From Mytilus californianus (Eukaryota): a DNA stretch of 64,000 bases. The number at the start of each line of letters is the position of its first letter. Within the stretch, counting starts at the first letter, position 1. Shown in pieces: positions 23,441-37,000 of the stretch. The DNA lies in NCBI RefSeq assembly GCF_021869535.1, contig NW_026262701.1:84258001-84322000 (forward strand), read 5' to 3'. Position numbers and translations under genes: made by a program. The notes under the pieces are model-generated. The model had not been told where the DNA came from. It made no database searches and saw only the letters and a list, made by a program, of their open reading frames with translations.

Positions 23441-24877
23441 GTGTACATGTCTGTCTAGCTAGTGTCATCTGGCCGTGACCTCATTTTAATGGTTCATTGG
23501 TCAATGTTAAGTTTTTGTGTTTTGGTCTGTTTTTCAAGTACTATAAGCAATAGGTCAACTATGTTTGGTTTATGGAATGATTTTAAGGTGTATATAGATA
23601 TAAGAAGATGTGGTATGAGTGCCAATGAGACAACTCTCCATCCAAGTCAAAATTTATAAAAGTAAACCATCATAGGTCACAGTACGGTCTTCAACACGGA
23701 GCCTTGGCCCACACCGAACAGTAAGCTATAGAGGGCCCCAAAAAACTACTAGTGTAAAACCATTCAAACGGGAAAACCAACGGTCTAATCTATATAAGAA
23801 ACGAGAAACGAGAAACACTTATGAACCACATCAACAAACGACAACTACTGAACATCAGATTCCTGACTTAGGACAGGTGCAAACAAATGCAGCGGGTTTA
23901 AATGTTTTAATGGTACCAAACCTTCACCCTTTTTCTGAAACAATAGTGTAACATCACAACATAGAAAGACACACTATAAAATATCAACTGAAATAGCTTA
24001 ACTCAATCAAAGGACATATTAACACCATTGAACATACACTGAACAAATAAATTTGACCTATGACACAATGTAAATACAAAATAAATAAACTAAGGGAACT
24101 TCAAGAATAATAAAAGTAACATGTTATATCGGTAAGAAATGTTAAACAATTAAAGAAAAACAATATACTCGAACAAAAATATCAGACATTTGCAATAACT
24201 TTAAACACAGGTAAATGAAAATAATTTTGTTGTTAGGTATACGTGTACAGTACCAATAGAGAAAGGAAATATTTTTACAAAATAAATAATTTTGATGTTC
24301 ATAGTACGAAGTGAAAATTTATAGTTATACCAAACACTTATCAAAGTTGGTATACAGACCAGATATAACCCTGAATAACATTAAATAACAAAAAAGCAAT
24401 ACAATTAGTATCAATGTCTGTCTAGCCAGTATAATCTGACCTTGACCTCATTTTCATGCCGGGTTCATTGGTCAATGTTAAGTTTTTGTGTTTTGGTCTG
24501 TTTTTCAAATACTAATAGCAATAGGTCAACTATAATTGGTATATGGAATGATTGTAAGGTGTACATGTCTGTCTAGCCAGTATAATCTGACCTTGACCTC
24601 TTTTCCATGGTTCATTGGTTAACATTAAGCTTTTGTGTTTTGGTCTGTTTTTCAATTACCATAAGCAATGGGTCAACTATATTTGGTGTATGGAATAAGT
24701 GTAAGGTGTACATGTCTGTGTGACAGTTTTTATCTGCCCTTGACCTCATTGTCATGGATCTTTAAAAATGTTAAGTTTATGTGATACTTGTAGTAAAACC
24801 TTTATCTTTAAGACTTTCAACATAAAATCAATGGTTAGAGAACAGGCGAGACATTTCAGCGTGTGCACACTCTTGTT
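23441..24877 (+). mobile_element. Second HINE-like family A copy (opposite orientation, truncated), interrupted by a family B insertion
   Basis: Ends ...AGGCGAGACATTTCAGCGTGTGCACACTCTTGTT at 24877, the reverse complement of the 2577 end. GACCTCATTTTCATGG core repeats lie at 23441-23592 and 24415-24780. Confidence 0.8.
23593..24414 (-). mobile_element. Family B dispersed repeat, inverted copy of 54212-55010
   Basis: Starts TAGATATAAGAAGATGTGGTATGAGTGCCAATGAGACAACTCTCC and aligns in reverse complement with 54212-55010 along its length. Confidence 0.88.
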
Positions 24878-25099
24878 ACAGTAATAATAGTGATTTTTTT
24901 TAAATAGATGCAGTTCCTATAAAACAATAGAAACTACACTGAGAAGATCATTTTACAACAAACATATCCAAGCTAACATTAGACAATACAGTAAGTGTAG
25001 GCACTGTTCATAGCAATAATAAAACCATGTAAAGTATCATGGAAAAAACAGTTTGAAAGACTTTTCTTTTACAACTCCGCAGCATCTTAGGGACGTGGA

Positions 25100-26395
25100 A
25101 ATACCGAATAGAGGAAGTTCTGATATCGTCAAGTATCGTCGACAGATACAGAAACTTTACCTCACAATTAGTATTTGTAAAATATCTTAAACCATACGGG
25201 ACCATCTTGTAAATTCGTTGCATCAACATATGACTTTAAAACGTTAACTATGGATTTCTGAAAATAGACCAAGGGATGAACACATCACATTTCAAGAGTA
25301 CAAATCTACCAAGAGAAATTTCCGTCGGGAATTACGAAATGCATTTCAAAAGCATATGCAAGAGACATATGATTCACTCGAAAGGGAATTTGATATAGAT
25401 CAAAAACGTCTCTGGTCATTTTTGAACAAAAATAAAAAGTAAAAGAGCTGCTTATCAAAGCTTATTGTGACTGAATGGTAGACAATGTTCAACGCAGAGT
25501 GATATCTTAGACGGATGGGCCGAACTCTTCGAGTCAATTTTCAAACAAAATACCGGATCAGAACCGATTAGTGACAAGGAACGAGAGATAAACAAGACAG
25601 TTGAGGACGCTCAGAAACATTTCAAAGGAACATTTTAATACAACATGTACAATGCTAAGCTAAATATTACAGTTAACAAAGTAGGGAAAGTGTTAAAGGG
25701 CCTGAAAAAATAACAAAGCGTCTGGATTGGATAACATTGAATATGAACAATGAAATACGGTGGTAACAGTTTGAGAAATCATATGACAAAGCTATTCAAC
25801 TTAGTTTGTTACAACTTTTATTCTCCCAAATCTTGGAAATCAAGTTTGATTGTTCCTTTATTTAAAGTAGGAAATAAATGCAAATGAGATCCAAACTCAT
25901 ATCGAAGAATAAGTCTATAGCACCGTGTATCGGAAAAGTGTTTGATAAAATTATCGATTCAAAACTAGATTTGAAAAAAGACAACAAATGCTTTCCAAAC
26001 CCGCAGCAAACAGCATATCAGCAGTGTTTATCGTGTTTACATACATCATTTAATATTCATGAATCCATTTATCACCATCTTGAAAGACTAAGAAGTATAA
26101 TAATTGTTTTGCTCGATTCAACAAAAGCATTTGATACGGTTTGGCACAATGGATTGTTGTACACACTGCTTGAATATGGTGTAAATGGTAAGTTAGGGTT
26201 GCTTATAGCTAATATGTACTGGGACGCTCAAAGTACAGTCTTTATAACGGAAAAATCTCACGTTTCTTTCCAGTTTATCGTGGTGTTCGTTAAGGGAGCA
26301 GCTTATCATCTAACTTGTATCTTTTATACATTAATGACTTGTTAGATGAGCTCTCCGACTGTAGACGTGGCATACTCATAACGAACATTCATAAA
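25100..26395 (+). pseudogene. Degenerate non-LTR (LINE, CR1/L2-like group) reverse transcriptase fragment
   Basis: SWKSSLIVPLFK...DPNSYRRISL, Q..AYQ, LLDSTKAFDTVWHNGLL, and GVRQG...LYINDLL after a frameshift. Many stops. Confidence 0.88.
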
Positions 26396-26949
26396 AAGAG
26401 TTGAATGTCGTTATAAAATTGTACATGTTAATAAATAAAAACGTCCATCTATATGTAGCATATCACAGGTAAAGGTTATCGAACGAACTGCGTTCGACAG
26501 AGGAATAGACAATTTAACCCCAAAGATGATAGGCAAAAGAAATAAATTAAATGCCATTTTACAGGCTTTTGGCTAAACAAGGGATTACGATTTCAAATAG
26601 ACAACTTTAAACAACTCTTTTGAAAATGTAAACTAACACTTAAACCAGGAGTGATATCACGTGTTTTGGAATGATGAGAACATATGGTTTCACCGATAAT
26701 ATAATAAGGAGCTCAAAATTACGGTAACTCATCTAATTTCAGTTGCTCGATAATTTATGTGTAAATAGATATCAACTTTGAAAAAGATCATGTATAATTT
26801 TTAATTAAAAGTATACAGATCCCGTGTGCTAAAATGGTGGGTTTTCATTATATAAAGAATTCCAATAAGAAAGAAAAAACGGCTATCCTTTATCCGGATA
26901 ATTGTCTGGTTGTTTAAATGTCAATTATAAGTAAAGGTAAAGTGTCTAA

Positions 26950-27540
26950 AAGAGTGGCAATTGATACCAAAGGGAAATTCAAACTCATAAGTCGAAACCA
27001 AACTGACAACGTGAGTAACACGAACCCTACCAAAACAGGGGTGATCTCAGTTGCTCCACATGTAGCACCATTCGGTAGATCACATTTGAGTAAAAGAGGA
27101 CAGGATTGTGGTATATTCATCGCCATCTGTGTAACATATATTCCATAACGGTCAACCAACTCGTGATCGCGTCCGTGAAATTTCCGTTCAACATATTCAC
27201 AAAACTTTGAGTTGTTTGGTGAGAGGGCACCATCTAGATAACGGAAAGTGAAGTGAAAGGATAACGCTAGCTTTTGTTTATTCTTCATAAGAAGCTCTGT
27301 ATGAAGTCAGTCTCATAAGAATACAGGAACAAGTCGGCAAGAAGGGGTGACAGTTGGTTCCCATTGGAATGCCGATTGTTTGTTGAAAAACACGTTCTCT
27401 AAACGTAACAAACATGTTTGAAATCAGGAAATTAAGCATCTTGATAATGACAGATTGAGAGAATGTTTTGTTTGAATCATATTGATTTTTTATAAAGTAC
27501 GATTTATCCCTTCCTAAGACAAAATACATGTTTCTGTTTG
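26950..27540 (-). pseudogene. Penelope-like element RT fragment with internal deletion and 3' end
   Basis: FQQTIGIPMGTNC..LADLFLYSY and FTFRYLDG, joined directly to the C-terminal RKFHGRDHELVDRYGI, followed by the GAGATCACCCC...GGGTTCGTGTT 3' repeat. Confidence 0.8.
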
Positions 27541-30500
27541 GCCATTCCTTTTTATGAACAAAGTAGGACCTTTTTATAATTCAATTTGTCGTTTAGTTTG
27601 GAATGGGGAATACTTGTGTAAAGAGTAGAAAATTCAAATGTTTTAAGATTGTAGTTTGTTTTTTATTCTATTTTATATAATTTAAAATGTAACTGTTTTA
27701 TTGTTAATATTTTGCTGTAATGAAATAAAATGTAACTTGTGTACTTAACATAGATTTTTTTTTGTATTAAATAGTCCATCGTTTTGCCCTGGATGATGGA
27801 ACACTGTAGACACACATCCCTGGGTCGAACAAAAAAAAGTTTTTTTTTTCAAAAAAGGCATTGCATGTCTTAAAAAAACTGTATTAGCCCTACGGATTCC
27901 TAATTATTTGTCCTCGTTTCTGTTTTCTCTAGTGGCTGTGGTTTTTTTATTGGTACTGTTGGTAAATACCAAGCTTGTAATTTAGTACACCATACGAGCG
28001 TTTTATCTGAAAAAGATTCGTCAGTGACGCTGGAATCAAAAAGGTAAAGATCGAGTCAAGTACACTATTAAGTTTGACTGCTACTAGTTTGGATTATTAT
28101 ATTTGAAAAGAATTTAAATATAAAATACGTGTTCCTATGTGTTTATAATTGTCTACACAAGAAGATTACCAGAACTAACATACAGATGAAAAACTTTTTA
28201 ACCGAAATAATATACTAATGATCATGAGTATATCAAATTACAGAAAATATTAAAGATAAGTTAAAATTAAGAATATTTAAAAATATTTATGGAATTCGAT
28301 GATGTCTCTTTACTTGTTTTAATTTCATGTTATTTACATATTAAAATCTATTGAAAAGTTGTTGTTGATGTCAGGTTTAAAGTGCATGCCCTAAATTGGA
28401 TCATGATCGGAAACAAAAACATATTCTTTTTTCTTCGTATGTAAAATTTTATCAAATCTATCAATTTAAGATTTTTTTTTGAAAATCTTGAAAAGAACAT
28501 ATTTTCATATCACGTTAATTTACCGGTAAGTGAAAATCACAACCTAATTACAACCCATCGATGTATCCGTTCATTTTACGGTTATCATCAGTTTCGCACA
28601 TTAAATCAAGAATGCTGTTGCTTTACTTTTTAGTATTGTTGTTTATGCTAATGATTTTTCAATGTCTGCGTTGTTTATACTGGTAACACTCATGCCTGTC
28701 CAATTCGTAAAAACCTTTCACATTCGGTCGAGTTTTATGGTTAGATTATTAACATGACCGATGGCTAAGGAATTTGGTGATGGCTTAGGGTTAGATAAGA
28801 GTCAATTACCATCCAGTAGTTTAAGCCGCCTAATCAATTGATATAACTTAGCGTAATCTATAGGAGTAACACGACGGCTCACAATCGGAATTTTGTTCTT
28901 TTTTTTCCCACCATGGTATTGTCAAGTCCTTTTTTTGGCTGATGAGTTTGAATATCACTTTGGTATCTTACGCCTGTCTTCTACAATTTCAATACAAGCA
29001 AATATTTAATGACAGTTATTTAACTAAATGGAAGAAAAATTTGAAACATTTGATATAATATATTAAACCGTACTTTATTTAGTTTTTAAGATATTGCGTT
29101 TTTTAATCCAAAGAAAATGACGATCAGTTTAACTGTAATAAGAATCATGAAACGTAATCAGAATGAATCCAATTTATTAGTTGTTAACCTACAATATTCC
29201 CTTACAACACTATGCTTAAATGCAGTTGATATTTAATGCAGGACTTGTGTGGGTTAATTTACACAAAACTAGATATTTAGAACGTGAATGTTAATAGGAA
29301 TAATCACAAAAATGTAATAGTAGCCTTATTAAATCCCATTTAGACAAAAGCAATAATCACACAAATCCTTCACTTGCCGAAGTCTTCCAGAAATGAGTGG
29401 ACGAACCCAAAAACAGTGGCATTTATTAATTCATAATAGCAGGATCTTGTGGAATTTAATGGTATGTGCAGGAAAAAACAATATGGGAAGACATACAAGC
29501 TAACAATACAGTAGTCATGTTTTGCTAAAGTAACCTGAACCTTTGAATCCTTAATTTACCTATTGTAAAGATGCCGTAACCTGTGTTTTTCTATTTCTTT
29601 AATACTTTAGAAGTAATCGAAATCAGAAGAACGGTATTCATCGAACACCAAGTATTTGTCCTTGGAAGGGGAGGGGGAGTGAAGGGGATAGTGCATGCAT
29701 TAATTTTTTTTGGACAACCATTTCATTTCCGACTTTATTATAAACAAACAATTTTGTTTCAATGAAATTCAAGAACAAGAATATGTTTTTAAAATCAATG
29801 TTGAATTTCGGTTTTCCTTTTTTAAATGGAGACATACTTGAATATTAAAAAAAGACCAGAAATTGTAATAACGATTAACTGTTTAACGTAAAGTTCTTGA
29901 AGGCATATTGAATTAGAATTTCTGCAAATTTTATGATTTTGAATTTATGTGTAATCATCGTTTAATGAAAAGATCTAAGCATATGGTCTTTTGACACCCC
30001 ATACGTATCCTTTCCATCTAAATATATGTTAAAACATATTGCATGATACATTGTATTTACATGGTTATAAAATATTCTTTATTTAATGCGATTTAAAAAA
30101 AAAAATTCCTTTGACAGCAACACAATGGAAATTACAATGAAGAATTATACGCAATCTCCTGGTACATGATTTAGGCGTCTACAACCGTCACATCTGAAAT
30201 AAATGAAAAGCCATATCATAGAAAGGCAACATAATTAATGACATCCTTTATTTCAAGTATTACTTTTATCCTTATTAGTCATGTTAATATTTTTTTTATT
30301 AAAATGAGAGGCATATCATTATATCCCCTGCAAACTATGCAAGTGACTGTTTTTATAACACTGTGAAGAATTCGTTTCCACATAATTGAAGTACTTACTT
30401 ATTCAATTTTCTTTAGTAAATTTGTGCTTTCTAATTAGAAATTTTATTACAATTGATAATGTATTTTCTTACGAAGGTGATATTCTAAAATTTAAGTTTG

Positions 30501-30957
30501 AATATTTCATGAAAACTATTACCAAACAAGACATTTTACCAAAAAAAAACTTATGTATGTTTTACTGTCTTTAAAAAAAAGTCTTAATGTTCCTTAAAAA
30601 CTTTGTGATTAAATGCCATTTATTCAGATATCAATAAATTTAATTTCGCCATCTTATACTGAATCTTTTCGTATCTTCCATTATCCATACCATAATTCAA
30701 TAATCAACTCTAACAACCAGACGCTGATATCCTCAATTTTGATTTTCACGGATGCCCTGTTTTTTCGTTGATGTATCTCACATTGTTATTCTCATTCCTA
30801 CAGCTCATATTTGACTTAGTTGAGAACTTGTTTAAGTTTATTACAAAAAGTACTAATGACGCAGCTATATGAGAGCAGGAGGTGTGTGTCACGTGTCAAT
30901 GGTTTCAACAAATAAGAATCGTACATACCAAAAACAAGCATCCTTATCACTCTTGTA

Positions 30958-31050
30958 TTATATTATACTGTCCTCGTCTATTTTGAAATCTATTTTTCTA
31001 TTTATTCTGTGTGTTGTTGTATTATCGTTGAGATGCCAGTACAAATTTCC
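30958..31050 (-). CDS. SLC4 terminal coding exon C (GNLYWHLND...IDEDSII*)
   Basis: CTGCAG acceptor, TAA at 30958-30960; start resembles exon B. An AATAAA lies downstream at ~30619-30624. Confidence 0.65.
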   Translation of the reverse strand, partial: GNLYWHLNDNTTTHRINRKIDFKIDEDSII

Positions 31051-34000
31051 CTGCAGGAGAATACATTTACAATTTGTAAATGAATGTAAACCTTTATATT
31101 TTGACAATAATTGAATTAATCATTTACTGTATAAACTGAACAGTTAATGCCATCAAATTTGGTACGGTCATTTGAATCTAATATACTTCTTTCCATTTTA
31201 TACAAAATATTACAGTGATATTTTGAACTATCGTCATTCATACATATAAGCAATCATATTGCACACATTTCGTGACTATCATTGATCCATTAATAAAACA
31301 AGTTACCATAGTTATTATTATATGTCTGTACATATAAAATAAACATTTCTCCAGTGGTGTTAGAAAAAAATGTTTAAAAGTATGGAAATTGAAATACCAA
31401 AAAGAGAAGAGTAATAATATACAAAAGTCTCAAATCAAATGAGGAATACCTGTGCATTTGATGGCTAGGCTCAGAATTTTTTGTATTTGGTGGATTTCGT
31501 GTTGCTCAGTCTGTGGTTTTCTATGATGTGTTTTGTTAATGTTGTTTGTCTTTTGATCGTTTTTCGTGTTTGCAAAGACCTTGTCGACTTTTTTTTCGAC
31601 TAATGAGCTTGAAAGTCCTTTTGGTACAAGTATCTTTCGCACCTCTTTCACAAATTCCAAAGTTGTATATCCTTACTATAGAATAAACAACGTCATAACT
31701 TACAGTTGATTGCCTTCTATAGTTCCTTAAAAATTCTACTGGACAATCTTTTAAAATATCCTCCTTAGATAGACCAGTTGATTTTGTGTCATGTTTAAGA
31801 TACCATGAAATATTACCCTGCAATGAAATTGTGTCTAGCTTAAAAAGTAAATATAAAAAGAGAGAGAGAGAGAGACGAACATAAATGTGAATCCCAATAA
31901 ACAAGTTCTATGTTCTTCTGAAGAATAATCTTTATCTTTCGTATATAAAATTAAGAAGATGTGGTACCGTATAGTTAAAACAATTCAAAAGACACTATTA
32001 ACTTAGGTGTTTTAGTAGATAATGATAATAGATCTTATGACATGATCATACTCCAAGAGAGTGTTACTGATATTAATATCAATAATAATATGGAAAAATT
32101 AGATACGATATCTATAATATAAATATGTATCCACCTTTTCTAGTGCAAAATGGCTCTTAATAATATTCAAATATTCCTGATGTTTATTTTAGTTCTACTT
32201 ACGGTTGAGTTAATTTTTCTGCATTTGCTCTGCTTTAAAAATTCTATTGGACCTTCATCAACAACATCCTGTATTATAGATGAATTCATTTATTTAGATT
32301 CAACATCATTGATAGTTACTAGATATTTGAATTTAATATCCACCAAATTTTCATTCTTATATTTAAAACAGATAGATAGATATAGCAAAGATATCTTCAA
32401 AAGAATATAGTATATTTTTTGTCACGTACCTGTTATATATTTCGTTTAAGTACGATTTAGAAAAGCATTATATAAACTATTAAAGAAACTTTGATCAACG
32501 GTGCTTTAAACTATCTATCCTTGTTTTATCGCTGGTGGATGTTTGACCTTTAATGGATCTGGATATGCATTTGGTAATATAGCTCCAAATGTATTGAAGT
32601 GGTTATACACCTTCTGTTTTCAAAGTTTTGTTTATGAGCGTTCCTTATGAAGTTCAATATTAGACAGAAAACATCAAAGGGATAATCAAAATTCATAGAA
32701 AAACCGACAATACAATTACAAAGGAAGAAAAATGATGAAAAGACAAACAATACTCTTCAAAACACAGCATAAAAAACTAAAGCCTGATCAACACGAACCA
32801 AACTTATTAACCAAGGTAAGCAGTCCATGCTCCACATGTAGGAACATTCATGTTGCTTATTGGAAGTACAAATTCAGTGAAAAGTCTCATTCGGCGATGC
32901 CACAATTTAGGAAAAGAGTACAGGACTGTTGCAACGACAGTTGGAACATATTCATTGTAATATGTGACTTAGATATTCCAAATCGGTCAAACGATCATGA
33001 TGAGGTGCATAAAACTTAAAATTCACTCCAGAAAACGATTCAGACGCATCTAATTTTTAACTGTTATGTTCATTTCAAGATAGATTATCAAAGTCATTCA
33101 AATATCATCAGTCAAAATACAAAAAGAAACACATGAGAGTGAAACCAGTCGGATAAGCCTGAACCCATAGCGCAGTGTGAGCAAGGGTGTTGACGGAATT
33201 ATTGTGCTGAAGCCGTACCATAAACAAATAGTGTTGTCTTTATTCCTAAATATTGTAGTAACTTAATGCTATTTTCATTTCAATTTTCTTCACAATCAGG
33301 GGCTAATTTAAGGAAGTAAATAATTTATAATTATGATTAACACGTATATGGAAATTATTGTAGCCCTTTAAAGCTGTATTTTAAAAACAATATATTAGAT
33401 CAATGTCTTATTATCGTTTTGTTTTGTATTTGAATAGAACTTGTTGACGGGCTCAGTAAACCGTACCATTCCCAAATTTCTAAACCTGATACAAGTTGAT
33501 ATTTCTGACATTAAACTTGTATATTATATATGCGATTTCAAGGTCATATAAATAAACAAAAGTTAGTGAGATATATTTTATTAAAAGGGAAAATATATAG
33601 CAAACAGATTTAAAAATTGTGAAGAATAAGTATTTTTTGTAAGAAAACTGAAAAAGAAAGCAAAATTTGAAAAATATGATTTTTTTTATTCGGATAAACC
33701 TAGAGAAAAACTAGTTTTCATAAATTAAGTTCGAAAAAGTTTAGACTATTTTACTATGTACGTTTATGTTTCCATTTAATGCAGTTAAGGATTACAGAAT
33801 TTGACAGACGAACAGATTGGCGATCACTACGATAACGATACAACTCTTTTGTTATAATAACACAAACAAAAATTTACTAAGGCAACACATTCCTTTCATA
33901 TTTGATATTTCTGTTTGGGGTTACCATTCCTTAAGTGTATCTTAGATCTGTCTGTCAATGAGTACCCAAGAGCTCTAAAATTTACTGAACATATCTTCGT

Positions 34001-37000
34001 ATTCAGTTATTGAATATTAGGGTAATACTGTTAAGTGGTTATTTTTGGCAAAGTTTAAATTTTGCGATTTCTAGTGCAAAACCTTTTCGCACATTTTATT
34101 ATCACGTTTTACTTGTACATGATTCTTATCTTTCTTTCTTAAAAACAATTTTTACGCGAGTAAATGTTTTCGCGATTTTATATCAATCCCGAAATAATCG
34201 AATATAAACCCCTCGCGAAAATTTCAGACTTACAGAATGACATATTTTTTTATAACTGTTAACACTGTTTTCTGGCATTTTTATACATTTAAAAAAGTAA
34301 AACAAATATACTGAACTCCAAGAAAAATTCAAAAAGGAGTCCATAAAAATGGAAAATATTAAACGCTATCAATCAATAGAACAAATGAAAAACAACTGCC
34401 ATTTTCCTGACTTGGTACAGGCATTTTCTGAAGAAAATGGTGGATTAAACCTGGTTTTCTAGCTAGCTAAACCTCCCTCTTGTACGACAGTTGTTTATAG
34501 TTCCGTTATCTTGACAAATTTGGGTAAGCAACCCAAACCTAAAATCGGAAAAAATATAATAAAAATGATTGTTGTGTCAATTTCATTGACTAATTATCTG
34601 AAAAGACTTATGCCAACAAAATCATAAGCCGATGCGACTAATAATTGCAAAATATCTTACGTCATCTTTATCATCATCTTCAACAATCAATTCACCAGCA
34701 TCTTCCTGTTTCATCATCTTGTCCTCTAAATTCTGGTCGTCGAGCCATTTTAATTCATTCATTGTAAAGATTCTTTCCATTCCCTTTCTTACAAAACATG
34801 TACCAAGTACCATAACAGGGAAAACGATAGAAATCGTTTTTATAGCTTTAATGGCCCATAGTATTCCCAAACATAAAATTTGGAAAAATGTGAACAGGTG
34901 AATTCGATTGATCCTCACATGGCGAAGATACATTCTGTCTGGTTGGTATTTGGCTGGCATAAACATTATCAAGAAACGGTCTTTAAACTGTTGAATAGAT
35001 TTTTTCATATATTTTAGTGCAACCCTGTAAGTTTTAGAGGGGTAAGTACCAACTACAAGACAACTATAAAAAACAATGGCGGAACATACAAAGCTCTTAA
35101 ATCGATATAAGATCTAAGGTGTTAAGAAGGGTAAGCAGATCCTGCTTAACATGCTCAAATAGTGGTAACCGTAGTAGTGATTAGTTTCATTCGGTGACCA
35201 TCGGGGATAAGAAGACGGGATTGTGATTAGGACAATAGGAACAGAATGTTGGTAATCTGTGACTCAGATACCGTATAGCGGGGTTTTTTTCGCGGGTTGT
35301 ATATTTTCGCTTATTTTCGCGGATAGAACAAAATCGCCAAAATAAATTCCGCCAATTTAAAATTGCACATGCAATGATATTGATAAAAGTTTTGAATCCG
35401 CCAAAATAATAACCGCCAAATTATTTGGTATACCTTATTTAATAAAATCGCGAAATTTTACACCCACGAAAATAATCCGCTATACGGTATGCCATAACGA
35501 TCAACCAAATCTAAATGGCGTTCGTAAAACTTTGAAGGTAAAACCTTAATCTTAGCACTTGGAACGTCGATTAAAGCACCGGACTGATGTAAAAAAAAAA
35601 AACTGAAACTGAACCACTTTTGTCATGATGTTTCACAAAAAAATATTTAAGGTACAATGTAAATTGAAGGAACCACGTAAGGTTTTACGAATAAAACAAC
35701 CAACTCAGACTGATATATTTTCCGATTGACCATCTCGTGACGGCAATATAAAATTGATGAAGTAATGAAAATATCTATGTTCCCTATAACCCCGAATTGA
35801 ATAATTTCTGTGAATGTGCTCTATGAGGTTGATGATTTGTTCGATTTTGTTTTCTCTCTCTGAAACTTATTCTACCATTTTCAGTTAAAGAATATAGCGT
35901 GTTATTACTGTGTGTATGTTGTGATATGTTGTAAAATAGATTATATGTTTTTTTCAATATGCAATATAGTTTTTATTAAAGTGCATACCTGCATTCCTCG
36001 GAAAGCTGATACTCCCATGTACAAAAATACACCATATAAAACAGGCATGGGCACAAGCTGAAACAGGAAGTGCATAAGACACTCAACACAATTCCTGCCT
36101 TTATCAAACAGTGATTACAAAGAAATTATGTCTTATGCTATCATTTGGTATTTACTTTTTCATTAATTTTTATACTCATTAAAAAAAGAGAGAAATGCAG
36201 GATTTCATTTTTTTGTGTGCAATTAATAATTTTTCCGTTTACAACAATTAAATAGGTTATGGTATTGACTTAAGGAATTTCAACCCTTAGTGTATATTTG
36301 TTTTGTTTTGTTTTGTTTTGTTATGTTTTTTTTTGTTTTTGCTTTTTTTTTCTTTTTTGTAGTTGTTGTTATCCTTTTCGAATACGAATGTATTAGTTTT
36401 ATTTTAAAATATAAACGAATTGAATTATTTTTACAGTTTAAAACATCTAAAAAATGAAGATGTAAGGGAAATCAGTAAAGCAAATTGAAGATGTGACAAC
36501 ATCACAAAACAAAATTATATCTAATTTAAAGTTCACATATTCATTCTTTGAAACTTTTTTTAATAATCAATGAATAAAATGCACTATATTGTACAAATCA
36601 GTATGGTCTAGATGACAAGCGATCAAGAGCCTAACGTAAAGAAAAGAAACATATCCCTTGTTGAAGACTGTACGTGGTCAATGTCATGTATAGTATCAAT
36701 GTATTATTGGGTTCCTGGCTAATTGACGTTTACGAAAATATCTTCTTTATAAATACAATGTGTACTAAATTTTTGCTTTAATTTTATGTAAACAAATTAA
36801 GTATAACTGTATCACATACCTGTAACATTTTAGTCATAAATACAGAGCATCCGTTCAAGATTGCAATAATCAGAGGAGTAAGACGCTGTTCCCTAAAAGA
36901 ATGTATATTTTTTTGACAAAATATTGGATACTGTTTTTGTTAACGCTGTATGCTTTACGCACTATCAAACATTGTTACAAGAAAGGTAACACATTACTTA

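Noticed and set aside
32150-32410. Plus-strand ORFs here and at 34632-34901, 37992-38192, 45397-45603 and 50172-50462
   Set aside because: They are antisense shadows of SLC4 exons.
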